Assembly: GCA_965218435.1 (NCBI GenBank)
Contig: CBDCKW010000009.1
Span: 896,001-960,000, forward strand
DNA: 64,000 nt
From: Truepera sp.
GTDB taxonomy: Bacteria > Deinococcota > Deinococci > Deinococcales > Trueperaceae
Direction of reading: 5' to 3'
This document shows, piece by piece, positions 38,411-50,256 of the stretch; the first letter of the stretch is position 1; every line of letters starts with the position of its first letter. The notes beneath the pieces were generated by a model, which did not search any database, had not been told where the DNA came from, and saw only the letters and a program-made list of their open reading frames with translations. Position numbers and translations under genes: made by a program.

Positions 38411-39148
38411 ATGAAACGCTTTCTTCGCGGTTTGCTGGTCATTTTGCTCGTGTTTCTCGCCTTCGCTGCCGGACGACTCTACCCCGTTTTGCGCCGCCCG
38501 CCGCTCATCCCACGTCAAGATGCGGTGGTCGCAGGCGTCAACCCTGCGCAGGTGCCGGTTTCGTACAACCCGGATTTAGGCGGATTTATAGACGTCGGGC
38601 CGAGAGACTTCCGCACGCTGTTTATCTTTTACCCCGGCGGTTTGGTCCGTCCGCAAGCCTACACCTGGCTCGGGGTGGTGTTGGCGCCGCTTGGGATACG
38701 GACGCTCATACCGGTATTCCCGGTTGATTTGGCGGTCACTGCACCCAACCGGGCCGACCAACTTTTGCCGCTGGCTGAAGGTAAACCCGTCGTTTTAGGC
38801 GGACATTCACTCGGCGGGGCGATGGCGGCGCGTTACGTGGTGCGGCATCCGAACGCGGCGACCGGGCTCGTATTGATGGGGGCTTACAGTGCCGACGGTG
38901 ACGACCTGAGCAGTTTGCCGCTGGATGTATTGGTACTCGCGGCTGAGAATGATAGATTGGCTTCACTAGCAGAAGTGCGTGCCGGGCTGGGGCGGCTTCC
39001 TGAATCAGCCCAGCTCACCGTCATCAGCGGTTCGGTTCACAGTTTTTTTGGACGCTACGGACCACAAGCCGGAGACGGTCTTCCGAGCGTGACCAGAACT
39101 GCTGCCGAGCGGCAAACCATCGGTGCGTTGCGGTCATTTTTTAGATAA
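38411..39148 (+). CDS. Alpha/beta hydrolase
   Basis: FYPGG, GHSLGG, HSFFG; N-terminal TM. Confidence 0.88.
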   Translation: MKRFLRGLLVILLVFLAFAAGRLYPVLRRPPLIPRQDAVVAGVNPAQVPVSYNPDLGGFIDVGPRDFRTLFIFYPGGLVRPQAYTWLGVVLAPLGIRTLIPVFPVDLAVTAPNRADQLLPLAEGKPVVLGGHSLGGAMAARYVVRHPNAATGLVLMGAYSADGDDLSSLPLDVLVLAAENDRLASLAEVRAGLGRLPESAQLTVISGSVHSFFGRYGPQAGDGLPSVTRTAAERQTIGALRSFFR

Positions 39149-39164
39149 ACGCTAAACTTAGCAG

Positions 39165-39839
39165 ATGGCCACTTCACTACAGACACAAGCAACTGAACAC
39201 GCCGAGTTGTTAGACAAGTGGTTGGAGGCGCTCCCGGATTTTGACCTGACCAGCCTCGAGCCCAGCCGTACCGCCCTAGTCAGCGTAGACGTCATCGAAG
39301 GCTTTACCCAAGAAGGCGCACTCGCCAGCCCGCGCGTCGGTGCGATTGTGCCCAACGTAGCGGCGCTCGTGGCCCACTTGGATGATCTCGGTGTGCCCGC
39401 GTCTCAGATTGCGTTTGTGCAAGATACACACCCGCAAAACGCGGAAGAGTTCACGGCGTATCCGCCGCACTGTATTGAGGGCACGGCTGAAGCCGACGCT
39501 GCTCAGGTTTTGCAAGACCTGCCGAATTGGGCGCGGTATCAGCATTTTGAAAAAAACAGCATCGCCAGCCATACGAGTGAAGGGTTTAACAGGTGGCTCG
39601 AGGCCCAAGACGTAGACACGATGATCGCGGTGGGGGACGTGACCGATCTGTGCCTCTACACGCTCGCGCTGCATTTGCAAGTCCGCACCTTCGCGCGTGG
39701 CCTGGGCCAGCGCATCGTCGTGCCCGAGTCGTGTGCTCAAACCTGGGACGCGCCCGATCATCCCGGCGACCTCTATCACCTGCTGTTTTTGTATCAGTTG
39801 GCCCGTAATGGGGTCGAAGTCGTACGCGCTTTACACTGA
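39165..39839 (+). CDS. Isochorismatase/nicotinamidase family cysteine hydrolase
   Basis: VDVIEGF, DTH, PPHC, KNS, TDLC. Confidence 0.88.
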   Translation: MATSLQTQATEHAELLDKWLEALPDFDLTSLEPSRTALVSVDVIEGFTQEGALASPRVGAIVPNVAALVAHLDDLGVPASQIAFVQDTHPQNAEEFTAYPPHCIEGTAEADAAQVLQDLPNWARYQHFEKNSIASHTSEGFNRWLEAQDVDTMIAVGDVTDLCLYTLALHLQVRTFARGLGQRIVVPESCAQTWDAPDHPGDLYHLLFLYQLARNGVEVVRALH

Positions 39840-39980
39840 GTACGTTCTGCACGCACGGGAAAGCGGCGCAGCGTAAAAAGTGTGCGGTATGCACATTCTA
39901 TAAACCAACCTAATCTGTAGACTTACGCAGATTGATGGTCGGGCAGAGAGCTACGACCTACGGCGGTCTGAAAGGTCTTC

Positions 39981-41747
39981 ATGAGTTGGGAAGCTTGGGT
40001 CAGTGTCAGCGTGATCGTCTTAAATGTATTGCTGCTCATCGTGACGCGTATCGGCGCGGACATCGTGCTCGTCTCGGGGGTGACGGTGCTTTTGCTCCTT
40101 GGCATCCTGTCGCCGTCTGACGCGCTTTCAGGGTTGGCCAACGAAGGGATGGTCACCGTCGGTGTGCTTTATGTGGTCGTCGCGGGTCTGCGTGAGACAG
40201 GCGGCGTCAACTGGTTAGGACAACATCTTTTCGGGCGGCCCAAATCGCTGTCCGGTGCGCAGTTTCGGTTGATGGCTCCGATTACGGCGCTGAGCGCAGT
40301 GCTCAACAACACACCGCTGGTAGCGATGATGATTCCGGCCGTATCGGATTGGGCGAAACGCAACCGTTTGTCGGCCTCGAGGCTGATGATTCCGCTGTCT
40401 TACGCCGCGATTTTGGGCGGGACGTGCTCACTCATCGGGACGAGCACCAATTTGGTGGTCAACGGGTTACTTATTGAACAAACTCAGGTTCGCTTTAACT
40501 TGTTTGACATCGCCTGGGTCGGGGTACCGTGTGCGCTCGTCGGTATCGCCTTTATCGTCTTGGTCGGGCGCTGGCTCCTCCCCGACCGGAACTCGGTCAT
40601 GAGTCAGCAGGGTGACCCGCGCGAATACACTCTCGAGATGCTCGTTGAAAAGGGCGGTCCGCTCGTCGGCAAGAGCATCGAAGAGGCGGGGCTCCGCAGC
40701 CTGCCGCAGCTTTACCTGGGCGAGATCGAACGTGGTGACCGCGTCTTTCCCGCCGTCGGCCCTGAAGAGGTGTTGCAAGGCGGCGACCGGCTGGTGTTTG
40801 TGGGCGTCGTTGAATCGGTCGTTGACCTTAACAAGATTCGGGGGCTGATGCCCGCACCCGAGCAGGTGAGCAAACTCACGACGCCGCGTTCGCAGCGCTC
40901 GCTTATTGAAGCGGTGGTCTCGAACAGTTCACCTTTGGTCAACAAAAGTGTGCGAGCCGGAGGCTTCCGCACAATCTACAACGCGGTCATTATCGCCGTG
41001 GCCCGAAACGGCGAGCGTATCAATCAAAAGATCGGCGATATCGTCTTGCAAGTCGGCGATACGCTGCTCCTCGAGGCTCCCCCAAGCTTTGCCCGGACGC
41101 ACCGCAATTCTCGAGATTTTCTCTTAGTCAGTCAGGTAGCGAACTCCACGCCACCCAAACACGAACGCTCCGTCGTCGCCTTTTCAATCCTGATCGGGAT
41201 GATCTTACTCGTGACCTTGAACGTCTTAAGCATGTTGCAAGCGTCTCTACTCGCGGCCGGACTGATGCTCCTGACCCGCTGCATCTCCGGCGCGGCGGCG
41301 CGGCGCAGCGTGGACTGGCAGGTTTTAATCGTGATCGCGTCGTCGTTTGGACTCGGCAAGGCGCTCGAGGTCACCGGCGCAGCCGAGGTTATCGCCGGGA
41401 ACTTGGTCCGCGTGGCTGGCGGTAACGCCTACTTGAGCCTGATTATTATCTACTTTGTCACCATGCTCTTTACCGAGATGATTACCAACAACGGCGCAGC
41501 CGTCTTGATGTTTCCTATCGCTTTAGCTACTGCCAACGGCTTAGACGCCAACTTTGCCACCTTTGCCATTGCCATTATGATGGCGGCCTCGGCAAGCTTT
41601 TCAACGCCGATCGGTTACCAGACCAACCTGATGGTTTACGGTCCCGGCGGCTACCGTTTTACCGACTATTTTCGTATCGGCATCCCGATGAACCTGCTGA
41701 TGGCGACGATTACCTTGCTGATTGCGCCTCTAGTTTGGCCGCTCTAA
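39981..41747 (+). CDS. SLC13/DASS-type transporter with TrkA-C domains
   Basis: LNNTP, IGTSTNL, ITNN, TPIGYQTNLMVYGPGGY. Confidence 0.92.
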   Translation: MSWEAWVSVSVIVLNVLLLIVTRIGADIVLVSGVTVLLLLGILSPSDALSGLANEGMVTVGVLYVVVAGLRETGGVNWLGQHLFGRPKSLSGAQFRLMAPITALSAVLNNTPLVAMMIPAVSDWAKRNRLSASRLMIPLSYAAILGGTCSLIGTSTNLVVNGLLIEQTQVRFNLFDIAWVGVPCALVGIAFIVLVGRWLLPDRNSVMSQQGDPREYTLEMLVEKGGPLVGKSIEEAGLRSLPQLYLGEIERGDRVFPAVGPEEVLQGGDRLVFVGVVESVVDLNKIRGLMPAPEQVSKLTTPRSQRSLIEAVVSNSSPLVNKSVRAGGFRTIYNAVIIAVARNGERINQKIGDIVLQVGDTLLLEAPPSFARTHRNSRDFLLVSQVANSTPPKHERSVVAFSILIGMILLVTLNVLSMLQASLLAAGLMLLTRCISGAAARRSVDWQVLIVIASSFGLGKALEVTGAAEVIAGNLVRVAGGNAYLSLIIIYFVTMLFTEMITNNGAAVLMFPIALATANGLDANFATFAIAIMMAASASFSTPIGYQTNLMVYGPGGYRFTDYFRIGIPMNLLMATITLLIAPLVWPL

Positions 41748-41784
41748 GCTTTAACCTGCAAAACGGCGTGAGCTGTTCGGCAGC

Positions 41785-42120
41785 TCACGCTTCGCTTTTT
41801 GTGGTCTCTTTTTTGCCGCCCTCGCTGTGCATCTGGGCACGCTGCTCTTTGGTATACAAAAACCCTTCAAATACGTCGTCTAACCACGAGGTCAAAACGA
41901 GGTTGAGTAAAAGCGTGACTAAGATGGACTCGAGGATCAGCTTGAGCCACAAAACAAGCGCACCTTGCGAGTTGATAATCGGCCAGCTTTCCGGCAAGAA
42001 CTGTTTGCTAATAAAGTCAAACCCATACGACAAGATGAGGAGCGGCGGGAAAAGACCGAGCCACTGAACGATCATAAGTTTCCAAGTTGGGGGTGAAGGT
42101 CCTTTTTTTGGGTCACTCAT
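41785..42120 (-). CDS. Small two-TM hypothetical protein
   Basis: PPTWKL..WLGLFP motif and two hydrophobic helices. Confidence 0.65.
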   Translation of the reverse strand: MSDPKKGPSPPTWKLMIVQWLGLFPPLLILSYGFDFISKQFLPESWPIINSQGALVLWLKLILESILVTLLLNLVLTSWLDDVFEGFLYTKEQRAQMHSEGGKKETTKSEA

Positions 42121-42340
42121 TTTTTATCTTGGCGTCTACATGACACACGAGCCCCCAAATGGTTCACCACGCCTCACACCCTTTTGCCTGGTTAGGCAAT
42201 CAGTCAAACAATCCGACTGTCTCTAAAACAACTTAACTCACTCGGGTTAACCCTCAGTTAAAAACTGACGACCACTTTCGGCTAAAGTAGCCGAACTGTG
42301 ATTGAAACTATGTTTGAAAAGGCTGGGTTCTAGACCGGGC

Positions 42341-42841
42341 TCAGTAATACACGCTGATTTTCCCATTCGTCAGTTCAATGCGTTCTTGGCTACTCGCTAG
42401 CACCCCGCCTGAGAGCGACGCGCCGATATAGTAAGACGGTTGGGCAATGAGGTCGGCGAGGGTGCCGCTGTAGTCCGGCCCGCCGATCAGCACCTCTTGC
42501 GAGACGCCGGGAGTCAGGGTAAGCGGCCCTGAGAGCTGCAAATCGGCGACAGAGGGTACCACACAAGGTATAGAAGGTAGGAGTGACGGGGGCGGTGTGG
42601 TGCGACCATAAACCGTTACGGTTGCGTTACCCACTCCCACCGACGTATAGGTTGCCGTAGCCCGGTAGTCCGCGCCGCTAAAATTGGCCGGAGCCCCTTC
42701 GGTAATTGGCGCGGGTGTATAGCAGATCAGTCCCTGGCTGCTGTTACCGGGGATTTTTACGTCAGGCACGCTGATGCTGATGGGGGCGAACGAGCAACTA
42801 GCCAAAAGTAAAAGTGTACTACCTATAAAAAGCTGTTTCAT
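42341..42841 (-). CDS. Hypothetical lipoprotein
   Basis: MKQLFIGSTLLLLASC lipobox. Confidence 0.7.
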   Translation of the reverse strand: MKQLFIGSTLLLLASCSFAPISISVPDVKIPGNSSQGLICYTPAPITEGAPANFSGADYRATATYTSVGVGNATVTVYGRTTPPPSLLPSIPCVVPSVADLQLSGPLTLTPGVSQEVLIGGPDYSGTLADLIAQPSYYIGASLSGGVLASSQERIELTNGKISVYY

Positions 42842-42909
42842 CTTTCTATAGTAAGGCCCCTCAGCCGGACGAACGGCTGGGGGGCGCACACTGCCTTGTA
42901 GTTGAACGG

Positions 42910-45300
42910 TTAGAGTTGCGCTGAAGGCGACACCGAATCGTCGGGCGTCGGCGGGATAAAAGTACCTTGGGCGTTTTCTGCTAAGAGCATCAGCTTGACA
43001 ACTTCGCTGAAATCTCTGACCGGCGTCACGGTTAGGTCTTCTAAGATTGCGTCGGGTACGTCTTCTAAGTTCGCTTCGTTCGCTTCGGGGATGATGACGT
43101 GTTTGATCCCGGCCTGATGCGCGGCCAAAAGTTTCTCTTTCACGCCGCCAATCGGTAAAACGCGTCCGCGCAAGGTGATCTCGCCGGTCATCGCTACGTC
43201 GCCCCTTGCGGGTCGTCCGGTCAGCGCTGAGACGACTGCTGTTGCCATTGCAATCCCGGCACTCGGGCCGTCTTTCGGCGTCGCCCCTTCTAAAACGTGG
43301 ACGTGCAGGTCCCGTTTTTCGTGAAAGTCGGTGGGGATGTCGAAGTCTGCGGCGTGGGCGCGTAAGTAGGCGATCCCGGCTTGCGCGGACTCTTTCATCA
43401 CGTCGCCGAGTTGCCCGGTGAGCGTAACTTTACCTTTGCCCGGCGTACTGAGGGCCTCAATGTCGAGCGTGACGCCGCCGACCGGCGTATACGCGAGGCC
43501 GTGAGCGACGCCGATCTGCGGTTCACGTTCGGCGCGTTCGTCGCGGAAAGGCGGAACCCCCAAGAGGCTGCGAACCGAGCCTTCGTCGAGCGTGCGTACA
43601 CCCTCCCAAGGGGTGCTGAGGTACTCTTTGGCTGACTTCCGCGCGAGCTTAGCGAGCGTCCGGTCGAGGTTACGAACCCCGGCTTCGCGGGTGTACTCGG
43701 TGATGGTACGGCGCACAGCATCATCAGTCAGCTTGAGTTTGCCGTCTAACCCGTGCGCTTTGAGCTGACGTGGGACGCGGTAGCGTTTAGCGATCTCGAG
43801 CTTTTCGTCAAGCGTATACCCCGGAATCTGAATGACTTCCATCCGGTCTAAGAGCGGCCGCGGAATCGTCGCGAGCGAGTTCGCTGTGGTAATAAACATG
43901 ACTTTCGAGAGGTCGTAAGGAATCTCCAAGTAGTGGTCGGCAAAGGTGTTGTTCTGCTCGGGGTCTAAGACTTCTAAAAGCGCCGATGACGGGTCGCCGC
44001 GAAAGTCAGCCGTCATTTTGTCGATCTCGTCTAACAAAAAGACCGGGTTGACCTTACCGGCTGTTTTCATCCCTTGGATGATGCGGCCCGGCAGCGAGCC
44101 GATATAGGTGCGGCGGTGACCCCGGATTTCGGCTTCGTCACGGACGCCGCCTAAGCTCATCCGAACAAACGCACGGTTGAGGCTACCGGCGATAGATTTA
44201 CCGAGGCTCGTTTTACCGACGCCGGGAGGCCCGACGAGACATAAGATCGGCGCACGGTACTCGGTGCCTTCGATGTCTTTAGTCAGTTGCCGCACCGCTA
44301 AAAACTCCAAAATGCGCGCTTTGGGTTCTTCTAACGCATAGTGGTCGTCGTTTAAGATTTTTTCGGTATGGGCGATATCTAAGTGCTCTTCGTCCATCTC
44401 CGACCACGGCAGGTCTAACAGCGTGTCGAGGTAAGTGCGGACAACCGTCGCTTCAGGTGAGCCACCGGGCATCTTTTCCAAGCGTTCGATCTCTTTAAGT
44501 GCCCGCTTTTCCGCCTCCTCGGGCATCTTTTTATCCGCGACGCGCTGTTTGAGGTCTTCAATTTCAGAGAGCGTCTCTTCGCCGCCGCCAAGCTCTTTTT
44601 GGATCGCTTTCATCTGCTCGCGCAAGTAGTATTCGCGCTGATTAGCGTCCATCTGCTGTTTGACCCTCGCCGAAATCTGTTTTTCGGTATCGAAACGGTC
44701 GAGGTCGCGTGATAACAGGCCGTAAACGAGTTCCAAGCGTTTGCTGGCGTCGGCCTCTTCTAAGATGTTCTGCTTGTCCATGACCTCCCACGTGCTGTAC
44801 TTGGCGGTCAGGTCGGCTAGTGCGCCGGGCTCTTTTAAGCTGCGGAGGTTTTCTAAGTGAAACGAATCGAGACGTAAGTTTTTGTTTTGCTGCGCGTAGT
44901 CGCCAAACGCCGACTTGACCTGCTCGACGAGGGCGCGGGTCCGGGCTTCATCGGTGCTGGTCGTTTCGGGGAGCGTTTCAACTTGGGCACGGAGCGTCGC
45001 GCCGGGGACGAAGTTGGTGACGCGGGCACGTTCTTTACCTTCGACCAAAACTTGCAGGGTGTCGTCGGGGAGGCGGATAACTTGTTTGATGATGCCCAAG
45101 GTACCGACCGCAAATAGGTCGTCGCCGGTCGGGTCGTCAACTCTCGGTTCGCGCTGCGCTAACAGCAGCACGCGGTTGTCTGAAGCTTGAGCTTCCTCGA
45201 GGGCGCGTTTTGACTTGGGGCGGCCGACGTCAACGTTTTCTAAGGTGCGCGGCAACACCACCACGGTTCGTAAAGCGATTACTGGTAATTCCCATTCCAT
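42910..45300 (-). CDS. lon: ATP-dependent Lon protease
   Basis: [24 protein letters not shown], catalytic Lys in GGVKEK. Confidence 0.97.
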   Translation of the reverse strand: MEWELPVIALRTVVVLPRTLENVDVGRPKSKRALEEAQASDNRVLLLAQREPRVDDPTGDDLFAVGTLGIIKQVIRLPDDTLQVLVEGKERARVTNFVPGATLRAQVETLPETTSTDEARTRALVEQVKSAFGDYAQQNKNLRLDSFHLENLRSLKEPGALADLTAKYSTWEVMDKQNILEEADASKRLELVYGLLSRDLDRFDTEKQISARVKQQMDANQREYYLREQMKAIQKELGGGEETLSEIEDLKQRVADKKMPEEAEKRALKEIERLEKMPGGSPEATVVRTYLDTLLDLPWSEMDEEHLDIAHTEKILNDDHYALEEPKARILEFLAVRQLTKDIEGTEYRAPILCLVGPPGVGKTSLGKSIAGSLNRAFVRMSLGGVRDEAEIRGHRRTYIGSLPGRIIQGMKTAGKVNPVFLLDEIDKMTADFRGDPSSALLEVLDPEQNNTFADHYLEIPYDLSKVMFITTANSLATIPRPLLDRMEVIQIPGYTLDEKLEIAKRYRVPRQLKAHGLDGKLKLTDDAVRRTITEYTREAGVRNLDRTLAKLARKSAKEYLSTPWEGVRTLDEGSVRSLLGVPPFRDERAEREPQIGVAHGLAYTPVGGVTLDIEALSTPGKGKVTLTGQLGDVMKESAQAGIAYLRAHAADFDIPTDFHEKRDLHVHVLEGATPKDGPSAGIAMATAVVSALTGRPARGDVAMTGEITLRGRVLPIGGVKEKLLAAHQAGIKHVIIPEANEANLEDVPDAILEDLTVTPVRDFSEVVKLMLLAENAQGTFIPPTPDDSVSPSAQL

Positions 45301-45438
45301 AAATCTAAGTAAACAGCACCGGGGCGCGTTTTACCGTAAGGTGGCTGACGCGAATTTATACCGACCAGTTGAGTTTTGGGAGCCGTTATGGGGCCGTACC
45401 CGGCGGCAACGCTCGCAGCTTTGGGTATGCTTAAAAGC

Positions 45439-46068
45439 ATGAAACGAGCACTGATTATCGGCGCGAGCGGCGGCATCGGGACGGCCCTGGTGGAGGCGTT
45501 AACAGACTATGAGCCAACATATGAGCTGACGCTGGTGGGCCGCGACGCCCGCAGCCTGCAAGGGCTCAGCGGCCAAGCGGTGCCGACCGATGTGACGAGC
45601 GAACTCGAGGTCGAAGCCCTGTTCGCCGACCTGCCGCTCCAAGACCTGATCGTCTACGCAGCGGGTGATGTTCAGCCCGAACCTTTGGCTACTACCTCGG
45701 CTGACACCTGGACCCGAGTACTGGATGCCAACCTGACCGGGCTTTTTTACGTCCTTAAATACGCTGACGCCAAGCTCAACCAGGACGCCCGTATCTTTGT
45801 GCTGGGTGCCCGCCCCGAGCTCGTCACCTTTCGCGGCTTTGGAGCCTACGCAGCAGCTAAAGGGGGCGTTGCGGCGCTTGTGAAGGTGGCGGCGCAAGAG
45901 TACAAACGCAAGGCGTCTTTGACGCTGGTGCTGCCTAAAGCTGTCAACACAGGGTTCTGGGAAAATGTCGGGAAACCGCCGAAAGATGCGCTCGAGCCCC
46001 GCGCGGTTGCCGAAGCTATTGTCAAAAGCCTTGCGAGGGAGCCTGAAGACGAACTGCGCGTAGGTTAA
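45439..46068 (+). CDS. SDR oxidoreductase
   Basis: GASGGIG, YAAAK. Confidence 0.85.
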   Translation: MKRALIIGASGGIGTALVEALTDYEPTYELTLVGRDARSLQGLSGQAVPTDVTSELEVEALFADLPLQDLIVYAAGDVQPEPLATTSADTWTRVLDANLTGLFYVLKYADAKLNQDARIFVLGARPELVTFRGFGAYAAAKGGVAALVKVAAQEYKRKASLTLVLPKAVNTGFWENVGKPPKDALEPRAVAEAIVKSLAREPEDELRVG

Positions 46069-46274
46069 AGTCGCCTGCAGTTTAACGGGTACTTGAATCC
46101 AACTACCCTGAGCGTAAGCCGCTCATCGTTAGGACTGTTTACGGTTACGCCGCTTGCGAGCAGCGGAAACACTTTGGGGCCAAGCAGCCGCGCCGTTACG
46201 TTTAACGACCGCCTTTTAACGACTACGGTCGAGTGTCTATCCCTCTAACTTTTGTCGCTGTACGATAGGTGTTT

Positions 46275-47309
46275 ATGAAAGCCGCTGTTTTGCGCACGTT
46301 TGGTGAACCCCTCGAGCTCACCGCCGTCCCCGACCCGGTAGCACCCACAGGCGGCGTCGTGATCAGGGTCGAAGCGACCGGGGTCTGCCGGAGCGATTGG
46401 CATGCGTGGAGGGGGCACGACCCGGCGGTTACGCTGCCGCACATTCCCGGGCACGAACTCGCCGGGACTATTGCCGAACTTGGTCAGGGCGTCACAGGTT
46501 GGCAAATCGGCGAGCGCGTCACCGTACCGTTTTGTTGCGGCTGCGGCCACTGTAATATGTGCGCCGAGGGCTCGACACATCTGTGTGACAACGAGTATCA
46601 ACCGGGTTTCTCCGGATGGGGCTCATTTGCCGAGTACGTTGCGCTACCTTACGCCGCGACTAACCTGGTCAGGCTTCCTGAAACGCTCGGGTTTGTTGAA
46701 GCGGCGAGTTTAGGCTGCCGCTTTATGACGGCGTTTCACGCATTGACCGCCCAGGGACGCGTAACGGCGGGGCAGTGGGTGGCGGTTCATGGCTGTGGTG
46801 GCGTCGGTCTCTCAGCCGTGATGATCGCTGCGGCGCTCGGTGGCCGAGTTATCGCGGTAGATATTGACGCGGAAAAACTGACGGCGGCCCGCGCGTTGGG
46901 CGCTGAATATGTCATCTTGTCAAAAGGCCCGGTGAAGGAAATTACCGAGCTGACCGGGGGCGGCGCACACGTCTCGCTCGACGCGCTCGGGAGCGCCGCA
47001 ACCTGTGGTAACTCGGTACGGTGTCTGCGTAAAAAGGGGCGACATGTTCAGGTCGGCCTGCTGATCGGCGAAGGAAAACCGGTGCCGCTCCCCTTCGGTG
47101 AGGTCATTTCCAAAGAGCTCGAGGTTGTCGGTAGCCACGGGATGCCCGCACGCAGCTATCCGGCACTCCTAGAGCTGATTACCGCCGGTGTGCTGAGCCC
47201 GCAAAAACTGATCGCCAAAACCATTCCCCTAGCCGAAGCTGGGGCAGAGCTCGAGGCGATGGGGTCGTTTGCGCAGCGCGGCGTTACGGTCATTGATCAA
47301 ATGGCCTGA
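46275..47309 (+). CDS. Zinc-dependent alcohol dehydrogenase
   Basis: CRSD, GHE, CGHCNMC..C, GCGGVG. Confidence 0.93.
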   Translation: MKAAVLRTFGEPLELTAVPDPVAPTGGVVIRVEATGVCRSDWHAWRGHDPAVTLPHIPGHELAGTIAELGQGVTGWQIGERVTVPFCCGCGHCNMCAEGSTHLCDNEYQPGFSGWGSFAEYVALPYAATNLVRLPETLGFVEAASLGCRFMTAFHALTAQGRVTAGQWVAVHGCGGVGLSAVMIAAALGGRVIAVDIDAEKLTAARALGAEYVILSKGPVKEITELTGGGAHVSLDALGSAATCGNSVRCLRKKGRHVQVGLLIGEGKPVPLPFGEVISKELEVVGSHGMPARSYPALLELITAGVLSPQKLIAKTIPLAEAGAELEAMGSFAQRGVTVIDQMA

Positions 47310-47317
47310 CGCCCTAG

Positions 47318-47614
47318 CTATTCCGTGCTTTCCGCTATTTTGTGCCGATAAACCTCGGCTAAATCAATTTGGAAATAGTTGGCGAGTGCAAAGGCGTTGT
47401 TGAGTAAATGGGTCATCTCTTCCGCTAATCGGGCCACACTGGGCTCTTTCTGCCACTGTGATTTGCTTCCTACCCGTTCTAAAAGCGCGACTTCAGTGGC
47501 CACCTCGCCAAGTTCTTCGGTGAGCGCCAACATAATCTCAGTTCCAGAGCGGTAGGGCGTCTCGAACTCTGCGACGCCACGTTTGGCTGCTTTTTGCAAG
47601 TCGGTTATGTTCAT
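47318..47614 (-). CDS. MazG-like nucleotide pyrophosphohydrolase
   Basis: LTEELGEVA..LAEE..LAN; start at MNITDLQ behind GGAGAGG. Confidence 0.75.
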   Translation of the reverse strand: MNITDLQKAAKRGVAEFETPYRSGTEIMLALTEELGEVATEVALLERVGSKSQWQKEPSVARLAEEMTHLLNNAFALANYFQIDLAEVYRHKIAESTE

Positions 47615-47918
47615 CTGCCTCTCCAACTCTATGGTTTTGTAAGGCTTTGTTGCATGAATCTCGGAATCAAAAGTAAGTCTCTGAAACGAGGACGGAAAAT
47701 CGTCAGAAAGTAGCTTTCCATCATTGAGGTGAAAAATACTCGCAAACGATTTATTAAGTAAAAGCATGCTGAGACCTTCTGATTCTAATTTGTGCAACAA
47801 CGCCGTTTTGTAAAGCAATAGACGAGACCAGCTGTTTTAGGAGGGCGTCTCGAGTAAGGACTAAGCACGGTGCCAAAATTTGGTCTAACGACCTCCCTTG
47901 TAGGCGTATAGTAAACCT

Positions 47919-48950
47919 ATGCCAGACACGATAGATTTGCGTTCCGACACCGTAACCCGCCCAACTCCCGCGATGCGCCGCGCGATGGCCCAAGCGAGCG
48001 TCGGCGACGACGTCTACGCCGAAGACCCGACGGTCAACCGCCTTCAAGAGGTGTTGGCAGAACGAGCCGACTTTGAAGCCGCTCTTCTGATGCCGAGCGG
48101 CACCATGAGCAATCAGGTGGCGATTGCCGTTCACACCACGCGCGGCGCTGAAGTCATCATCCCCGAAGGCGCACACGTCTACGAATACGAACTCGGGAGC
48201 ATGGCGGTCATCAGCGGCGTTTTGCCGCGCACAGTACCTGCGCCGCTCGGCGTACCGGAAGTTGCGGACATCCGGGCAGCTGTCCACCGCAGCATTCATC
48301 AAGCTCCGACCGGCCTGATTGTGCTAGAGAACACGCATAACAAGGCGGGCGGAACGGTCGTTCCCTTAGCACGCCTTGCAGAAGTGAGTCAACTTGCCCG
48401 TGACGAAGGCTTACCGCTGCACTTAGACGGGGCTAGGGGCTTTAACGCGGTCGCTGCGCTAGGAACCACGCTTGCCGAGCTGTGCGCACCGTTTGATTCG
48501 GTATCGCTCTGCCTCTCCAAAGGGCTAGCTGCGCCTGTCGGAACAGTCCTATTAGGCTCACGTGCGTTCATCAAGGAGGCGCACCGTTACCGCAAGATGT
48601 TGGGTGGTGGGATGCGCCAAGCCGGGGTGATTGCAGCGGCAGGACTTGTCGCGGTAGAGGAGATGTCCGGGCGACTGCACGAAGACCACGCCCGGGCGCG
48701 GCGACTCGCTGAAGGGCTCTTAGAGCTGCCCGGGGTCAGCGTTGACCTCGAGTCGGTCCAGACCAACATGGTCTATGTGCGCGTGCCGGACGCCGCGCGT
48801 TTTGCTGAGCAGTTAGCGTCGTTGGGGGTTCGTGCCGGGGCACTTGGGCCGGAAACGGTGAGGTTCGTCACGCACTACGAAATTTCCGATGACGACATCT
48901 CCCGTGTACTTGGGGCAGCTGAACAGGTTTTAGACACCGTTTCTGCCTGA
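47919..48950 (+). CDS. ltaE: Low-specificity L-threonine aldolase
   Basis: [33 protein letters not shown]. Confidence 0.95.
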   Translation: MPDTIDLRSDTVTRPTPAMRRAMAQASVGDDVYAEDPTVNRLQEVLAERADFEAALLMPSGTMSNQVAIAVHTTRGAEVIIPEGAHVYEYELGSMAVISGVLPRTVPAPLGVPEVADIRAAVHRSIHQAPTGLIVLENTHNKAGGTVVPLARLAEVSQLARDEGLPLHLDGARGFNAVAALGTTLAELCAPFDSVSLCLSKGLAAPVGTVLLGSRAFIKEAHRYRKMLGGGMRQAGVIAAAGLVAVEEMSGRLHEDHARARRLAEGLLELPGVSVDLESVQTNMVYVRVPDAARFAEQLASLGVRAGALGPETVRFVTHYEISDDDISRVLGAAEQVLDTVSA

Positions 48951-48974
48951 GCTCTACCGTATAAGCTAAAAGGT

Positions 48975-49793
48975 ATGAAAGCCTATCTACTTAGTGGCAA
49001 CGCCGGACACAGCCTTAGCCCGGTGATGCACAGCGCGGCTTTTCGGGCACTGGGGCTTGACGTTCACTACGAAGCCCTGAGCGTGACCGAAGCTGAACTG
49101 CCCAGCGTCGCCCAGCGGCTCCGCGAGAGTGACGTTTACGGCGCAAACGTCACGATTCCGCACAAACTCGCTGTCATCCCCCTGCTTGACGCGTTGACCC
49201 CCGAGGCGGAGGCCGTCGGCGCGGTCAACACTATTTTGAACCATAATGGTACCCTGACCGGCCACAACACCGATATGGGCGGGTTTGCCCACGCGCTTAC
49301 AGAAGGCGGCTTTGACGCCGAAGGCCGCGACGTGGTGATGCTCGGGGCAGGCGGCGCAGCGAGAGCCGTTGGGCTCGCCCTGTTACGGGCCGGAGCGACC
49401 TTGGGCGTGGCTAACCGCACCTCGGCCAGAGCCGAGGCTTTGGAACGCGACCTCGAGCGTTTCGGTGACGTGGCGGCGATTCGGCCCGAAGACCTCGACC
49501 GGGCCGTTTTACGTGCGTCTCTCGTAGTTAATACCACCTCGGTCGGTCACGACACCTACGCGCCGGACAGCTCGCCCTTACCGCTCGGCATTTTGCCCCG
49601 TGAGATGGTGGTAGATATTATCTACCGCCCGGCCCAGACGCCGCTCCTACGCGCAGCGTCTAAAGCAGGCTTAAAAACCCAAAACGGACTGCCGATGCTC
49701 GTCTATCAAGGGGCGGAGGCGCTCACGGCCTGGACGGGTCAGGAAGCACCGACTGAGGCGATGTTTAAGGCGCTTAGAGAGGCACTCGGGTAA
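48975..49793 (+). CDS. aroE: Shikimate dehydrogenase
   Basis: HSLSP.MH, NVTIPHK, GAVNT, NTD, GAGGAA, MLVYQG. Confidence 0.95.
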   Translation: MKAYLLSGNAGHSLSPVMHSAAFRALGLDVHYEALSVTEAELPSVAQRLRESDVYGANVTIPHKLAVIPLLDALTPEAEAVGAVNTILNHNGTLTGHNTDMGGFAHALTEGGFDAEGRDVVMLGAGGAARAVGLALLRAGATLGVANRTSARAEALERDLERFGDVAAIRPEDLDRAVLRASLVVNTTSVGHDTYAPDSSPLPLGILPREMVVDIIYRPAQTPLLRAASKAGLKTQNGLPMLVYQGAEALTAWTGQEAPTEAMFKALREALG

Positions 49794-49833
49794 CTCATTC
49801 TATTAAGCGAGGCTGAATACTGGTGCTCTCACA

Positions 49834-50256
49834 ATGACCTTTTACAAACCGAAAGCCGATGCCGACGTGCAGCTGCTTGCAGAGATGAATCGGCAACTTA
49901 TCCAAGACGAAGGCCACCGCAATCCGATGACGCTTGGCGAACTCTATCAGCGAATGCGCGGGTGGTTAGCTGAAGACTACCAAGCTCTAATGATTCAGGA
50001 TGACGTAAGCACAGTTGGCTACGTCCTTTTTCGCCAAGAAACTGACTTCCTTTACATCCGTCATTTTTTTATCGTGCAGGCGTTTCGCCGTAAAGGGTTG
50101 GGAAAGCTGGCAATCCAGAAGCTTAAAGAAGATGTTTGGAGCAGCAATAGACGTTTGCGCCTCGAGGTCCTCGTCAGTAATTCCCGTGGCACTGCCTTTT
50201 GGCAGTCAGTTGGCTTTGGCAGTTACAGTCTTATGATGGAATACAATGACGCTTAG
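49834..50256 (+). CDS. GNAT acetyltransferase
   Basis: FRRKGLG motif A, N..G..FW..VGF. Confidence 0.88.
   Translation: MTFYKPKADADVQLLAEMNRQLIQDEGHRNPMTLGELYQRMRGWLAEDYQALMIQDDVSTVGYVLFRQETDFLYIRHFFIVQAFRRKGLGKLAIQKLKEDVWSSNRRLRLEVLVSNSRGTAFWQSVGFGSYSLMMEYNDA

Noticed and set aside
47615..47818. N-terminal extension of the MazG-like ORF
   Set aside because: A better RBS and start exist at 47614; the upstream AT-rich stretch has no recognisable motif.
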